Assembly (NCBI GenBank): GCA_041908585.1
Contig: JAYRFB010000118.1
Location: 1-60,689, forward strand
Direction of reading: 5' to 3'
Origin: Candidatus Krumholzibacteriia bacterium
GTDB lineage: Bacteria > Krumholzibacteriota > Krumholzibacteriia > LZORAL124-64-63
DNA: 60,689 nucleotides
The position numbers were made by a program, and so were the translations under genes. Of this stretch, positions 7,132-15,218 are shown piece by piece. The notes beneath the pieces are model-generated. The model saw only the letters and a program-made list of their open reading frames with translations. It did no database searches and was not told the DNA's origin. Positions within the stretch are counted from its first letter, which is position 1, and every line of letters begins with the position of its first letter.

Positions 7132-9758
7132 CACCCACCGATCCCGACCGCTGGCGCCGTCTGGACGCCATCTTCGACGAGCTGTTGCAGCTGGAGCCCG
7201 GGCAGCGCGCCGCGCGACTCGACGAGTTGACCGCCGGCGAGCCGGACCTGCGCGCCGAGGTCGAGGACCTGCTGCGCCGCGACCTTGCCGACAGCACGCT
7301 CCTGGACAGCGAGGCCGCCACGCGCTTCGGGCACCTCCTGGAGGACGCCGCGCGGCAGGCGCCGGCGCCGGCGGACCTGGCCGGCACCGAGATCGGTCCC
7401 TACCGCATCATCGAGCGGCTGGGCGAGGGCGGCATGGGCGTGGTCTTCACGGCGCGCCAGGCGCACCCCGACCGGCTGGTGGCGCTCAAGGTCCTGCGCG
7501 CGGGCATCTACGCCGGCACCCACCAGCTGCGCCTGTTCCAGCGCGAGGCCGAGAGCCTCGGCCGGCTGAACCACCCGGGCATCGCCGCGATCCACGACGC
7601 CGGGCGCACGCCCGAGGGGCTGCACTGGTTCGCGATGGAGCGCGTCGAGGGGCAGACGCTCGACGCCTGGGCCCGGGGCCGCCCGTCCCTGGATTCGCGG
7701 GCGGAGGCCGAGGCGCGCGTCGCGGTCTGCCTCGCCATCTGCGACGCGATCGCGCACGCGCACCAGCGCGGCGTCGTGCACCTCGACCTCAAGCCCTCCA
7801 ACGTGATGGTGCTGCCGCCGGCCAAGCCGGGGGCGGCGCCGACGGTCAAGGTCCTCGACTTCGGGATCGCGCGGCTGACCGGCGGCGAGGCCGGCCTGAC
7901 CACCATCGGCTCGCACGGGGCGGGCTTCGTCGGCACGCTGGCCTACATGAGTCCCGAGCAGGCGGACGGCGACCCGCGCGACCTGGACCTGCGCAGCGAC
8001 GTCTACTCCCTGGGCGTGCTCTTCCACGAGGTGCTCACCGGTCGCGTGCCCATCGCCATCCGCGGCGCTTCGCTGACCGAGGCGGCCCGGCTCGTGCGCA
8101 CGCAGGAGCCGTCGCGCCCCTCGCTCGCCTGCCGGGCGCTGCGCGGCGACCTGGAGACGATCCTCCTGAAGGCGCTGGAGAAGGAGCCCGCGCGGCGCTA
8201 CCAGAGCGTCGCGGAGCTGGGCGATGACTTGCGCCGCTGGGAGCAGGACCTGCCGATCATCGGCCGGCCGCCGAGCACCGCCTACCAGCTGCGCAAGATC
8301 GTGGCGCGGCACCGCGCGGCCCTCGGCTTCGCGACGGCGCTGCTGCTGGCGCTGCTGGTCGCCATCGGCGGCACGACCTGGGGCCTGCTCAGGGCGCGCA
8401 GCGCCGAGGCCGAGGCGCGCGCGGAAGCGAAGACGGCGGCCGAGACCGCCCGCTTCCTCGAGTCGGTGTTCCGCGTGTCCGACCCGGGGAGCGGTCGCGG
8501 CGGCGAGGTCACCGCCCGCGAACTGTTGCAGAACGCCGTCGCCGGCATCGACACCTCGCTGGCGGACCAGCCCGAGGTGCGCGGCCGCCTGCTGGGCGTG
8601 ATGGGCACCGCCTACCGGCAGCTGGGCCTGTACCGGGACGCGCGACCGCTGCTGGAGCAGGCCGTGGCGCTGGATCGGCAGACCCTGGGGCCGGACGATC
8701 CCCGCGTCGCGCGCGGCCACTACACGCTGGCCGGCCTGCTGAGGCGCCTGGGTGAGTTCGACGCGGCGCGCGGGCACTACCAGGAGGCGCTGGCCATCCG
8801 TGAGCGCCTCGGCGAGCCCGTGGACCTGGCCGCCAGCCTGAGCGGCCTGGCCAACCTGGAGTACGACCGCAACCGCCTGCCCGAGGCGGCCGCGCTCTAC
8901 CGGCGCGCTCTGCTGCTGGCCGTCGCGACCGCCGCCGGCGATTCCTCCCGGTACGTGTCGCCGCTGTCGGGGCTGGGCCTGGTGCACTGGCGGCTGGGCG
9001 AGGCGGACTCGGCCTGCGCGGTGTTCGAACGCGTTGTCGAGATCCAGCGGCGGACGCTGGCGCCGGACGACCTCGACCTGGCCTGGAGCCTCTCGACGCT
9101 CAGCCGGCTGTACATGGACATCGATCGCGCGCGTGCGCGCGCCCCCGCGGCCGAGGCCCTGGCCGTGCAGGAACGCGCGCTCGGCCCCGACCACACGGAC
9201 GTCGCCGAGACGCTGGACGTCCTGGCGAACCTGCACCGGATGGACGGCGAACATGAGGCCGCCCTGGCCATGCACGCCCGCGCGCTGGGCATCTGGGAGA
9301 AGGCGATCGGCACCGACAACGCCACCTACGCGATGGCGCTCGATCACTACTCGCGCGACCTCGCCGAGGTCGGCCGCCTGGACGAGGCGATCGCGGCCGC
9401 CGAACGTGTCGAGGCGATCTTCGTCGCCACGCTCGACCCCGAGCACCCGGCGTTCATCTCCAGCCGGACCCGGCTGGGAGGCTTCTACCGCGACGCCGGC
9501 CGGCCGGGCCGGGCCCGCGAGCTGCTCGGGGACGCCATGAAGCGCTGCGAGGCACATTACGGTCCGGGCAGCGGCGAGTCCGTCCAGATCGAGATCGAGC
9601 TGGCGCGGCTCGACACCGTCGAAGGCGCCTGGCCGTCCGCCGCCGCCCGCTACGAACGGGCGCTGGCGCAGGGCGCGGCGCTGCCGGATACGGCGACCGT
9701 CCTGCCACGGCTGCGGGCCGAGATCGCCGAGTTCCGTGCGAGGGTGGGCGGCTCCTGA
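7128..9758 (+). CDS. Membrane Ser/Thr protein kinase (non-RD) with a C-terminal TPR-repeat domain
   Basis: The real start, ATG 7128, overlaps the sigma stop (ATGA); the track ORF 5877..9758 is a 5' over-extension. Kinase motifs: GEGGMGVV, VALKVL, HLDLKPSNV (HLD rather than HRD), DFG and YMSPEQ. One TM segment (ALGFATALLLALLVAIGGTTWGLL) is followed by ~480 aa of TPR-like repeats (..LG.Y..A.PLLEQA.A......LGPD.P...). Confidence 0.9.
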   Translation: MTPTDPDRWRRLDAIFDELLQLEPGQRAARLDELTAGEPDLRAEVEDLLRRDLADSTLLDSEAATRFGHLLEDAARQAPAPADLAGTEIGPYRIIERLGEGGMGVVFTARQAHPDRLVALKVLRAGIYAGTHQLRLFQREAESLGRLNHPGIAAIHDAGRTPEGLHWFAMERVEGQTLDAWARGRPSLDSRAEAEARVAVCLAICDAIAHAHQRGVVHLDLKPSNVMVLPPAKPGAAPTVKVLDFGIARLTGGEAGLTTIGSHGAGFVGTLAYMSPEQADGDPRDLDLRSDVYSLGVLFHEVLTGRVPIAIRGASLTEAARLVRTQEPSRPSLACRALRGDLETILLKALEKEPARRYQSVAELGDDLRRWEQDLPIIGRPPSTAYQLRKIVARHRAALGFATALLLALLVAIGGTTWGLLRARSAEAEARAEAKTAAETARFLESVFRVSDPGSGRGGEVTARELLQNAVAGIDTSLADQPEVRGRLLGVMGTAYRQLGLYRDARPLLEQAVALDRQTLGPDDPRVARGHYTLAGLLRRLGEFDAARGHYQEALAIRERLGEPVDLAASLSGLANLEYDRNRLPEAAALYRRALLLAVATAAGDSSRYVSPLSGLGLVHWRLGEADSACAVFERVVEIQRRTLAPDDLDLAWSLSTLSRLYMDIDRARARAPAAEALAVQERALGPDHTDVAETLDVLANLHRMDGEHEAALAMHARALGIWEKAIGTDNATYAMALDHYSRDLAEVGRLDEAIAAAERVEAIFVATLDPEHPAFISSRTRLGGFYRDAGRPGRARELLGDAMKRCEAHYGPGSGESVQIEIELARLDTVEGAWPSAAARYERALAQGAALPDTATVLPRLRAEIAEFRARVGGS

Positions 9759-9826
9759 GCGCCGGTTCGTGCTATCATCATGGGAATCGCGGGGGCGGCC
9801 CGCCCCGCCCCGCAGGAGGGACAACC

Positions 9827-12016
9827 GTGCAGCACATCCGTTTCGCCCAGGCGGCACCCCGTGCCGCGATCCTGTCGGCCGTCGTCCTGTCGGCCGTCGT
9901 CCTGTCGGCCGTCATCCTGTCGGCCGCCGTCCTGATCCCCGGCGTCCGCATGCCGGTCGTCCATGCCGGCGGTCGCGCGGCCCCCGCCCCGGTGGCGAAC
10001 GGCGGCGCGGCGGTCTCGGCGGGCGTGGCCGCGGCGCTGGGTGACGAGGCGCATCCGCTGCGGCGGCCCGACGGCCGCCTCAAGGTCTGGGTGCGCTTCC
10101 GCGATCGCGATGTTGCGCCCGCGGCGATGGGGGCGGCGCTGGCGGCGGCCGGCGATGAGCTGTCGCCCCGCGCGCGGGCCCGTCGCGCGAAGGTCGCCGC
10201 CGCGACCGGCCTGCCGGCCGTCGACGCGCGCGACCTGCCGGTGCCGCCGCGGTACCTGGCCCGCTGCGTGGCCACCGGGGCCGAGCTCCACCGCCGCAGC
10301 CGCTGGCTGAACGCGGCGACCTTCCTGGCCGACGATGACCAGGTACGCGCGCTGGCGGCGCTGCCCGAGGTGGCGTCGATCGAGCCGGTGGCCCGGCTTG
10401 CCCGCGCGGCGATCCCCACGCCCGTGCCCGAGCCGGACCGGGTGCCGGCGACCGCGCCCAAGGCGCGGACGGTCATCGACTACGGCGGCAACGCCGACGC
10501 CATGGCGCAGGCCAACGTCCCGGCGGCGCACGAGCAGCTCGGCGTGACCGGCGCGGGCGTGGTCGTCGGCATGCTGGACACCGGCTTCCGCACGCAACAC
10601 GTGGCGCTGTCCCATATCCCGGTGCTCGGCGCCTGGGACTTCGTCAACGACGACCCCATCGTCGACAACGAGCCGGGGGACCCGACCTCCAGCCGCAACC
10701 ACGGCACGATGACCCTCTCGACCGTGGCGGCGCACGCGCCGGGCGATCTCGTCGCGCCGGCCTGGAACGTCGCCGTGCTGCTGGGCAAGACCGAGGACGT
10801 CTCGCAGGAGGTGCCGGTCGAGGAAGACCACTGGGTGGCCGGGCTGGAGTGGTGCGAGGCGCAGGGCGCCGACATCATCTCGTCGTCGCTGGGCTACATC
10901 GACTGGTACCTGTACGCCGACCTGGACGGCGCCACCTGCGTCACCACCGTGGCGGCGGACCTGGCCGCAGGCCGCGGCCTGCTGGTCGTCAACTCGGCGG
11001 GCAACGACCGCGCGAGCACCGGGCACCTGATCGCGCCGGCCGACGCGGACAGCATCGTGAGCGTGGGAGCCGTCGACGCGGCGGGCGTCGTCACCTGGTT
11101 CTCGTCACCGGGCCCGACGGCCGACGGGCGCATCAAGCCGGACGTCGCGGCCCTGGGCCAGTCCAACCGTGTGGTCAGCCCCAGCGACGATGCGGCGTAC
11201 GTCAATGCCTCGGGCACGTCCTTCAGCTGCCCGCTGGTCACGGGCGTGGCCGCGCTCGTGCTCGAGCGCGTGCCGGGACTGCTGCCGATGCAGGTGATCG
11301 AGGCGCTGCGCGCGACGGCCGGGCAGGCGGCGGCGCCGGACAACGACACCGGCTGGGGCATCGTCGACGCCTATGCCGCCGCGACCTGGTTCGGCCCGGT
11401 CTTCGCGCACGCGCCGCTGGCGGCCACGCAGGTCACCGCCGGCCCCTGGCCGGTCACGGCCACGGCGAGCGCCCGGCTCGGGCTGGCGGCCGCGCCGCAG
11501 CTGCGCTGGCGCGTGGCCGGCGGCCCGTGGCAGGAATCCTCCCTGGTCGCGGGCGGTCCGCCGGACCTGTACGGCGGGTGGCTGCCGGCGGTCGCCGCCG
11601 GCCTGACCGTCGAGTACTACCTGGCCGCCGTCGATGGCGGCGGGCACGCCACGACCTGGCCCGTCGGCGGCGCGACCGCGCCCTTCGCGTTCACCGTGGC
11701 GCCGGGAACGTCGCCGGTCGGGGACGCGCCGGCGGCCGCCGCTGCCTGGCTCGCGCCGGCAGCTCCAAACCCGTTCAACCCGCGCACGACCCTGCGCTGG
11801 GGACTGCGCGCCGCGGGCGCAGCCAGGCTGGAGGTCTTTGACGCTCGCGGCCGGCGGGTGCGGACCCTGCTGGACGGCGTGCAGGCGGCGGGCGATCATG
11901 TCACCGTCTGGGACGGTCGCGACGACCGCGGCGCCGCCGCACCGAGCGGCGTCTATTTCGGCCGCCTGGTCGCCGGTGGCGGCACGCGGCAGCAGAAGCT
12001 GCACCTGGTGCGCTAG
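9827..12016 (+). CDS. Secreted S8 subtilisin-family serine protease with a T9SS-type C-terminal sorting domain
   Basis: GTG start at 9827 is preceded by AGGAGGG. Catalytic triad contexts VVVGMLDTGF, NHGTMTLSTVAA and SGTSFSCPLVTGVAALV, plus NSAGN. C-terminus APNPFNPRTTLRWGL..AGAARLEVFDARGRRVRTL...GDHVTVWDGRDDRGAAAPSGVYFGRL...QQKLHLVR. Confidence 0.9.
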   Translation: MQHIRFAQAAPRAAILSAVVLSAVVLSAVILSAAVLIPGVRMPVVHAGGRAAPAPVANGGAAVSAGVAAALGDEAHPLRRPDGRLKVWVRFRDRDVAPAAMGAALAAAGDELSPRARARRAKVAAATGLPAVDARDLPVPPRYLARCVATGAELHRRSRWLNAATFLADDDQVRALAALPEVASIEPVARLARAAIPTPVPEPDRVPATAPKARTVIDYGGNADAMAQANVPAAHEQLGVTGAGVVVGMLDTGFRTQHVALSHIPVLGAWDFVNDDPIVDNEPGDPTSSRNHGTMTLSTVAAHAPGDLVAPAWNVAVLLGKTEDVSQEVPVEEDHWVAGLEWCEAQGADIISSSLGYIDWYLYADLDGATCVTTVAADLAAGRGLLVVNSAGNDRASTGHLIAPADADSIVSVGAVDAAGVVTWFSSPGPTADGRIKPDVAALGQSNRVVSPSDDAAYVNASGTSFSCPLVTGVAALVLERVPGLLPMQVIEALRATAGQAAAPDNDTGWGIVDAYAAATWFGPVFAHAPLAATQVTAGPWPVTATASARLGLAAAPQLRWRVAGGPWQESSLVAGGPPDLYGGWLPAVAAGLTVEYYLAAVDGGGHATTWPVGGATAPFAFTVAPGTSPVGDAPAAAAAWLAPAAPNPFNPRTTLRWGLRAAGAARLEVFDARGRRVRTLLDGVQAAGDHVTVWDGRDDRGAAAPSGVYFGRLVAGGGTRQQKLHLVR
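9871..9930 (+). repeat. In-frame 15-bp tandem repeat, 4 copies (CCTGTCGGCCGTCGT), encoding (LSAVV)n inside the S8 protease signal peptide
   Basis: Units at 9871-9885, 9886-9900, 9901-9915 and 9916-9930. The first two are identical and the last two carry 1-2 substitutions. Translation: ILSAVVLSAVVLSAVILSAAVL. Confidence 0.9.
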
Positions 12017-12060
12017 ATTTCGACGCGGGGTCTTGACGGGCGGCGGCCGCACGGAGGGTC

Positions 12061-13590
12061 ATGGCCAAGAGCACGACGCGCTTCTTCTGCACCGATTGCG
12101 GTCACGAGGAGCTGCGGTGGCTGGGACAGTGCCCGGCCTGCCAGGCCTGGAACACATTCACGGAACTGAAAGTCGCGCCGTCTGCCGGCGCCTCCAGGGG
12201 CGCCCGTGGCTACAGCGCCGCGGGGCGCCGTCCCGTCGGCTTCGGCGCCGACGCACGGGCCGGGGGCACTCCCGCCGGCGCCGCGCCGCAGCCGGTGCCC
12301 CTGGCGCAGGTGGAATCGGCCGCCACGCGCCGCCTGCCTGTCGAGCCGGCCGAGGTCGCGCGCGTGCTCGGCGGCGGCCTGGTCGAGGGCTCGGTGGTTC
12401 TGCTGGGCGGCGAGCCGGGCGTCGGCAAGTCCACGCTGCTGACCGGGCTGGCGCTGTGGTGGGTGCGCCAGGGCGTGCGCGTGGTCTACCTGGCCGGGGA
12501 GGAGTCGCCGGCCCAGATCCGCATGCGCGCCGAGCGGCTCGGTTTCCGGCCCGACCGCGAGCCCGGCTTCCTGATCCTGCCCGAGGTCCACCTCGAGACC
12601 ATCCTCGGCGCGCTCGACGAGTCGACGCTCGCCGCCGCGGCCGGCGCCAGGCCCGCGGCACCGCCACCGGCGGCGACGGTCGTGATCGCCGATTCGATCC
12701 AGACCCTGCACAGCGACCAGGTCGACGCATATCCCGGAAGCCCCACGCAGATCCGCTACTGCGGCGGTGTGCTGGCGGACTTCGCGCGGCGCAGCGGCTG
12801 GCCGGTGTTCCTGGTCGGCCACGTCACCAAGACGGGCGACCTGGCGGGTCCCAAGCTCCTGGAGCACATGGTCGACACCGTGCTCTACTTCGAGGGCTCG
12901 GGCGGCGGCGCCATCCGCATGGTGCGCGCCGTGAAGAACCGCTTCGGCACCACCGGCGAGCTGGCCGTCATGGAGATGCGCGGCGAGGGCCTGGTGCCGG
13001 TCGACCAGGCGGGCCTGATGTTCCTGAGCGGGACGCGCGGTGTCGAGCCGGGGGCGGCGGTCTGCGCCGTCAAGAACGGCTCGCGCACGTTCCTGGTCGA
13101 GGTGCAGGCGCTGGTCTCGCCGGCAAGGTACGGCACGCCGCAGCGCGTGGTGCAGGGCGTCGACAGCAAGCGCGTGGCGCTGCTCGCGGCCATCCTCGAG
13201 AAGCGCGCCGGCCTGGACCTGGCCGGCTGCGACATCTTCGTCAAGGTGGCCGGCGGCGGCCGTATCGACGATCCGGGCGCCGACCTGGCGGTCATCGCCG
13301 CGCTGGCCAGCTCGCTGCGCGAGCGACCGGTGCCGGAGGGTACGCTGGTCCTGGGCGAGGTGGGCCTGACCGGCGAGGTGCGCGGCGTGGCGGAGCTGGA
13401 GGCGCGCCTGCGCGAGGCGGCCGGGCACGGGTTCACGCGCGTCGTGCTGGCCGCGGTGGCCGGGCGCCGGCCGCGGGGCGTCAAGGGGATCGAGCTGGCC
13501 GCGGCGGCGAGCGTCGAGGAGGCCGTGGCGCTGGCGCTGGAGCCGGGCCGCGCCGCCGCGCCGCGCCGCGCGCGCGAGGCGACGCCGTGA
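12061..13590 (+). CDS. radA: DNA repair protein RadA/Sms
   Basis: N-terminal C4 zinc finger (FFCTDCGHEELRWLGQCPACQAWNT), Walker A GGEPGVGKSTLL, the KNRFG motif, and a Lon-protease-like C-terminal domain. Confidence 0.95.
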   Translation: MAKSTTRFFCTDCGHEELRWLGQCPACQAWNTFTELKVAPSAGASRGARGYSAAGRRPVGFGADARAGGTPAGAAPQPVPLAQVESAATRRLPVEPAEVARVLGGGLVEGSVVLLGGEPGVGKSTLLTGLALWWVRQGVRVVYLAGEESPAQIRMRAERLGFRPDREPGFLILPEVHLETILGALDESTLAAAAGARPAAPPPAATVVIADSIQTLHSDQVDAYPGSPTQIRYCGGVLADFARRSGWPVFLVGHVTKTGDLAGPKLLEHMVDTVLYFEGSGGGAIRMVRAVKNRFGTTGELAVMEMRGEGLVPVDQAGLMFLSGTRGVEPGAAVCAVKNGSRTFLVEVQALVSPARYGTPQRVVQGVDSKRVALLAAILEKRAGLDLAGCDIFVKVAGGGRIDDPGADLAVIAALASSLRERPVPEGTLVLGEVGLTGEVRGVAELEARLREAAGHGFTRVVLAAVAGRRPRGVKGIELAAAASVEEAVALALEPGRAAAPRRAREATP

Positions 13591-14318
13591 GCGCTGCCCG
13601 GCCCGCCACGTTGCCACCCCTGCACCTGCTGGTGGTCGCCGGCGGTCGCGGCCTGCGCGCGGCCGGCGGCGGCGAGGTGCCCAAGCAGTTCCGGCCCACC
13701 GGCCGCGGCATGCTGCTGCGCGTGGCCATCGACACGTTCGTCGCCGGCGACCCGGCGCATCCCGCGCCCCTGGCCTCGGTGACGGTGACGGCGCCGGCAG
13801 CCTGGCACCGGCAGGTGGCGGCGGAGCTGTCCGGGCTGGGGCTGCCCCTGGCGCTTGCCGATGCCGGCGCGACGCGCACAGCCTCGACCTGGAACGGGCT
13901 GCTGGCGCTCGAGGCTGCCGTGCGGCCGCGGCCGGGCGACCTGGTGGCGATCCACGACGCCGCGCGACCGTTCGCCAGCGCGGAGCTCCTGGCGCGGCTG
14001 GCGGCGGCGGCGGCCGCGCGCGGCGGGGCGGTGCCGGGCGTGCCGGTCCACGACACCATCGTGCACGCCGAGCAGGGGCAGGCGCGCTACCTGGCGCGGG
14101 AGTCGCTGGTCGCCGTGCAGACGCCGCAGGTGTTCCGCTGGGAGCAGCTGCGCGAGGCCCACGCCTGGGCCGCCGCCTCGCACGCCACGTTCACCGACGA
14201 CGGCGGGCTGCTGGCCGCGCGCGGCCATGCCCCGGCCGTGGTGGACGGCGAGATCGGCAACTGGAAGGTCACCACCGAGGGCGACTGGCGGCGCGCCGCC
14301 GACCTGCTGGTCGAGTAG
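13587..14318 (+). CDS. ispD: 2-C-methyl-D-erythritol 4-phosphate cytidylyltransferase
   Basis: GTG 13587 overlaps the radA stop (GTGA); the track ORF 11634..14318 is over-extended. Motifs VVAGGRGLR....PKQF, IHDAARPF and VQTPQVFR. Confidence 0.85.
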   Translation: MSAARPATLPPLHLLVVAGGRGLRAAGGGEVPKQFRPTGRGMLLRVAIDTFVAGDPAHPAPLASVTVTAPAAWHRQVAAELSGLGLPLALADAGATRTASTWNGLLALEAAVRPRPGDLVAIHDAARPFASAELLARLAAAAAARGGAVPGVPVHDTIVHAEQGQARYLARESLVAVQTPQVFRWEQLREAHAWAAASHATFTDDGGLLAARGHAPAVVDGEIGNWKVTTEGDWRRAADLLVE

Positions 14319-14369
14319 CGCCCGGGCGCGACCGTCGCGGCGCCCGTCCCGGAGACCAGGCGCGGCCGC

Positions 14370-15014
14370 TCAGTCCAGGTCCGCGACCAGGCGCCCCGTC
14401 GAAGCGTCGCGATACAGCTTGATCTGCCGGTACAGTTTCAGACCCACGCGGCCCTGACGGATGCCCTGCAGCAGGTCGTCCAGGCACTGCCCGAGGTCGC
14501 GCTGCTGCTCGCGGAGCATCGCCAGGCGGTCCTGCATCGCGCGCCGGTCGGCGGGCGCCGCCTCGACCACGGCCTCGGCCGCGTGCCAGGCCTTGAGCGC
14601 CAGCACGCTCAGGCGGTCGATGATGCTGCCCGGCGACTCGCTGTTGAGCGGCGCCGAGGGATCGATCACGCCCAGCGCCGAGTAGCCGGCGTGGATCACG
14701 GCATCGAGGCGATCGACGGCCTGGACGCGCCGGCGGTTGGATTCGTCGATGGAACGCTTGACCGCCGCCAGCACCGCGTCGCCGGCCCCGTGGGCGCGGC
14801 TGCGGTCCTCCTCGTGCCACTGGAACGTGTTGATCAGCTGCAGCTGCTCGACCAGCCGCGCCCAGCCCTCGGGCTCGCGCGGCGGCAGCGCGCCCAGGGT
14901 CTCGGTCCAGTCGGCGGGCGCCGGCGCGGCCCCGTGCCAGCGCTCGATCACCTCGTCCAGGACGGGCGCCACCGCGGCGAACGACGGGGGCAGCAGAGCG
15001 GCGGGATCGGGCAT
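14370..15014 (-). CDS. Cytoplasmic hypothetical protein, DUF4254-like (assignment from memory)
   Basis: These are the last 214 codons of track ORF 14370..19391, whose remainder is antisense shadow. Start codon (cat on plus) at 12-14 of 150xx, i.e. 15012-15014. Sequence MPDPAALLPP...QLINTFQWHEEDRSR...SIDESNRRRVQAVDRLD... has the W..ED..R and N..R...I..iD pattern I associate with DUF4254. Confidence 0.65.
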   Translation of the reverse strand: MPDPAALLPPSFAAVAPVLDEVIERWHGAAPAPADWTETLGALPPREPEGWARLVEQLQLINTFQWHEEDRSRAHGAGDAVLAAVKRSIDESNRRRVQAVDRLDAVIHAGYSALGVIDPSAPLNSESPGSIIDRLSVLALKAWHAAEAVVEAAPADRRAMQDRLAMLREQQRDLGQCLDDLLQGIRQGRVGLKLYRQIKLYRDASTGRLVADLD

Positions 15015-15218
15015 GGCGGATTCCACGGGATTCTCCTCGGGCCGGCCGGTCCGGTGCGGGCAAGGGGAACTGGGTGGGAGCCGTCTCACCGGCGCCCCTT
15101 GCGCCACGTTACGCTGCCGGTGGCAGGCGGGCAACCGCCGCTTGGCGCGGCCGCGGGCGCCGGTTACCATGGCGCGGCCACCCGCCGCCCGCCGCGCGCA
15201 CAAGGAGCCGTGACCGCC

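Noticed and set aside
9871-9930. Whether the short tandem repeats (9871-9930, 16068-16091, 55706-55753, 59315-59374) could be CRISPR-like or mobile-element repeats.
   Set aside because: The units are contiguous with no spacers, only 12-15 bp long, mostly in frame inside genes, and not flanked by cas, transposase or integrase genes. They are simple slippage-type tandem duplications.
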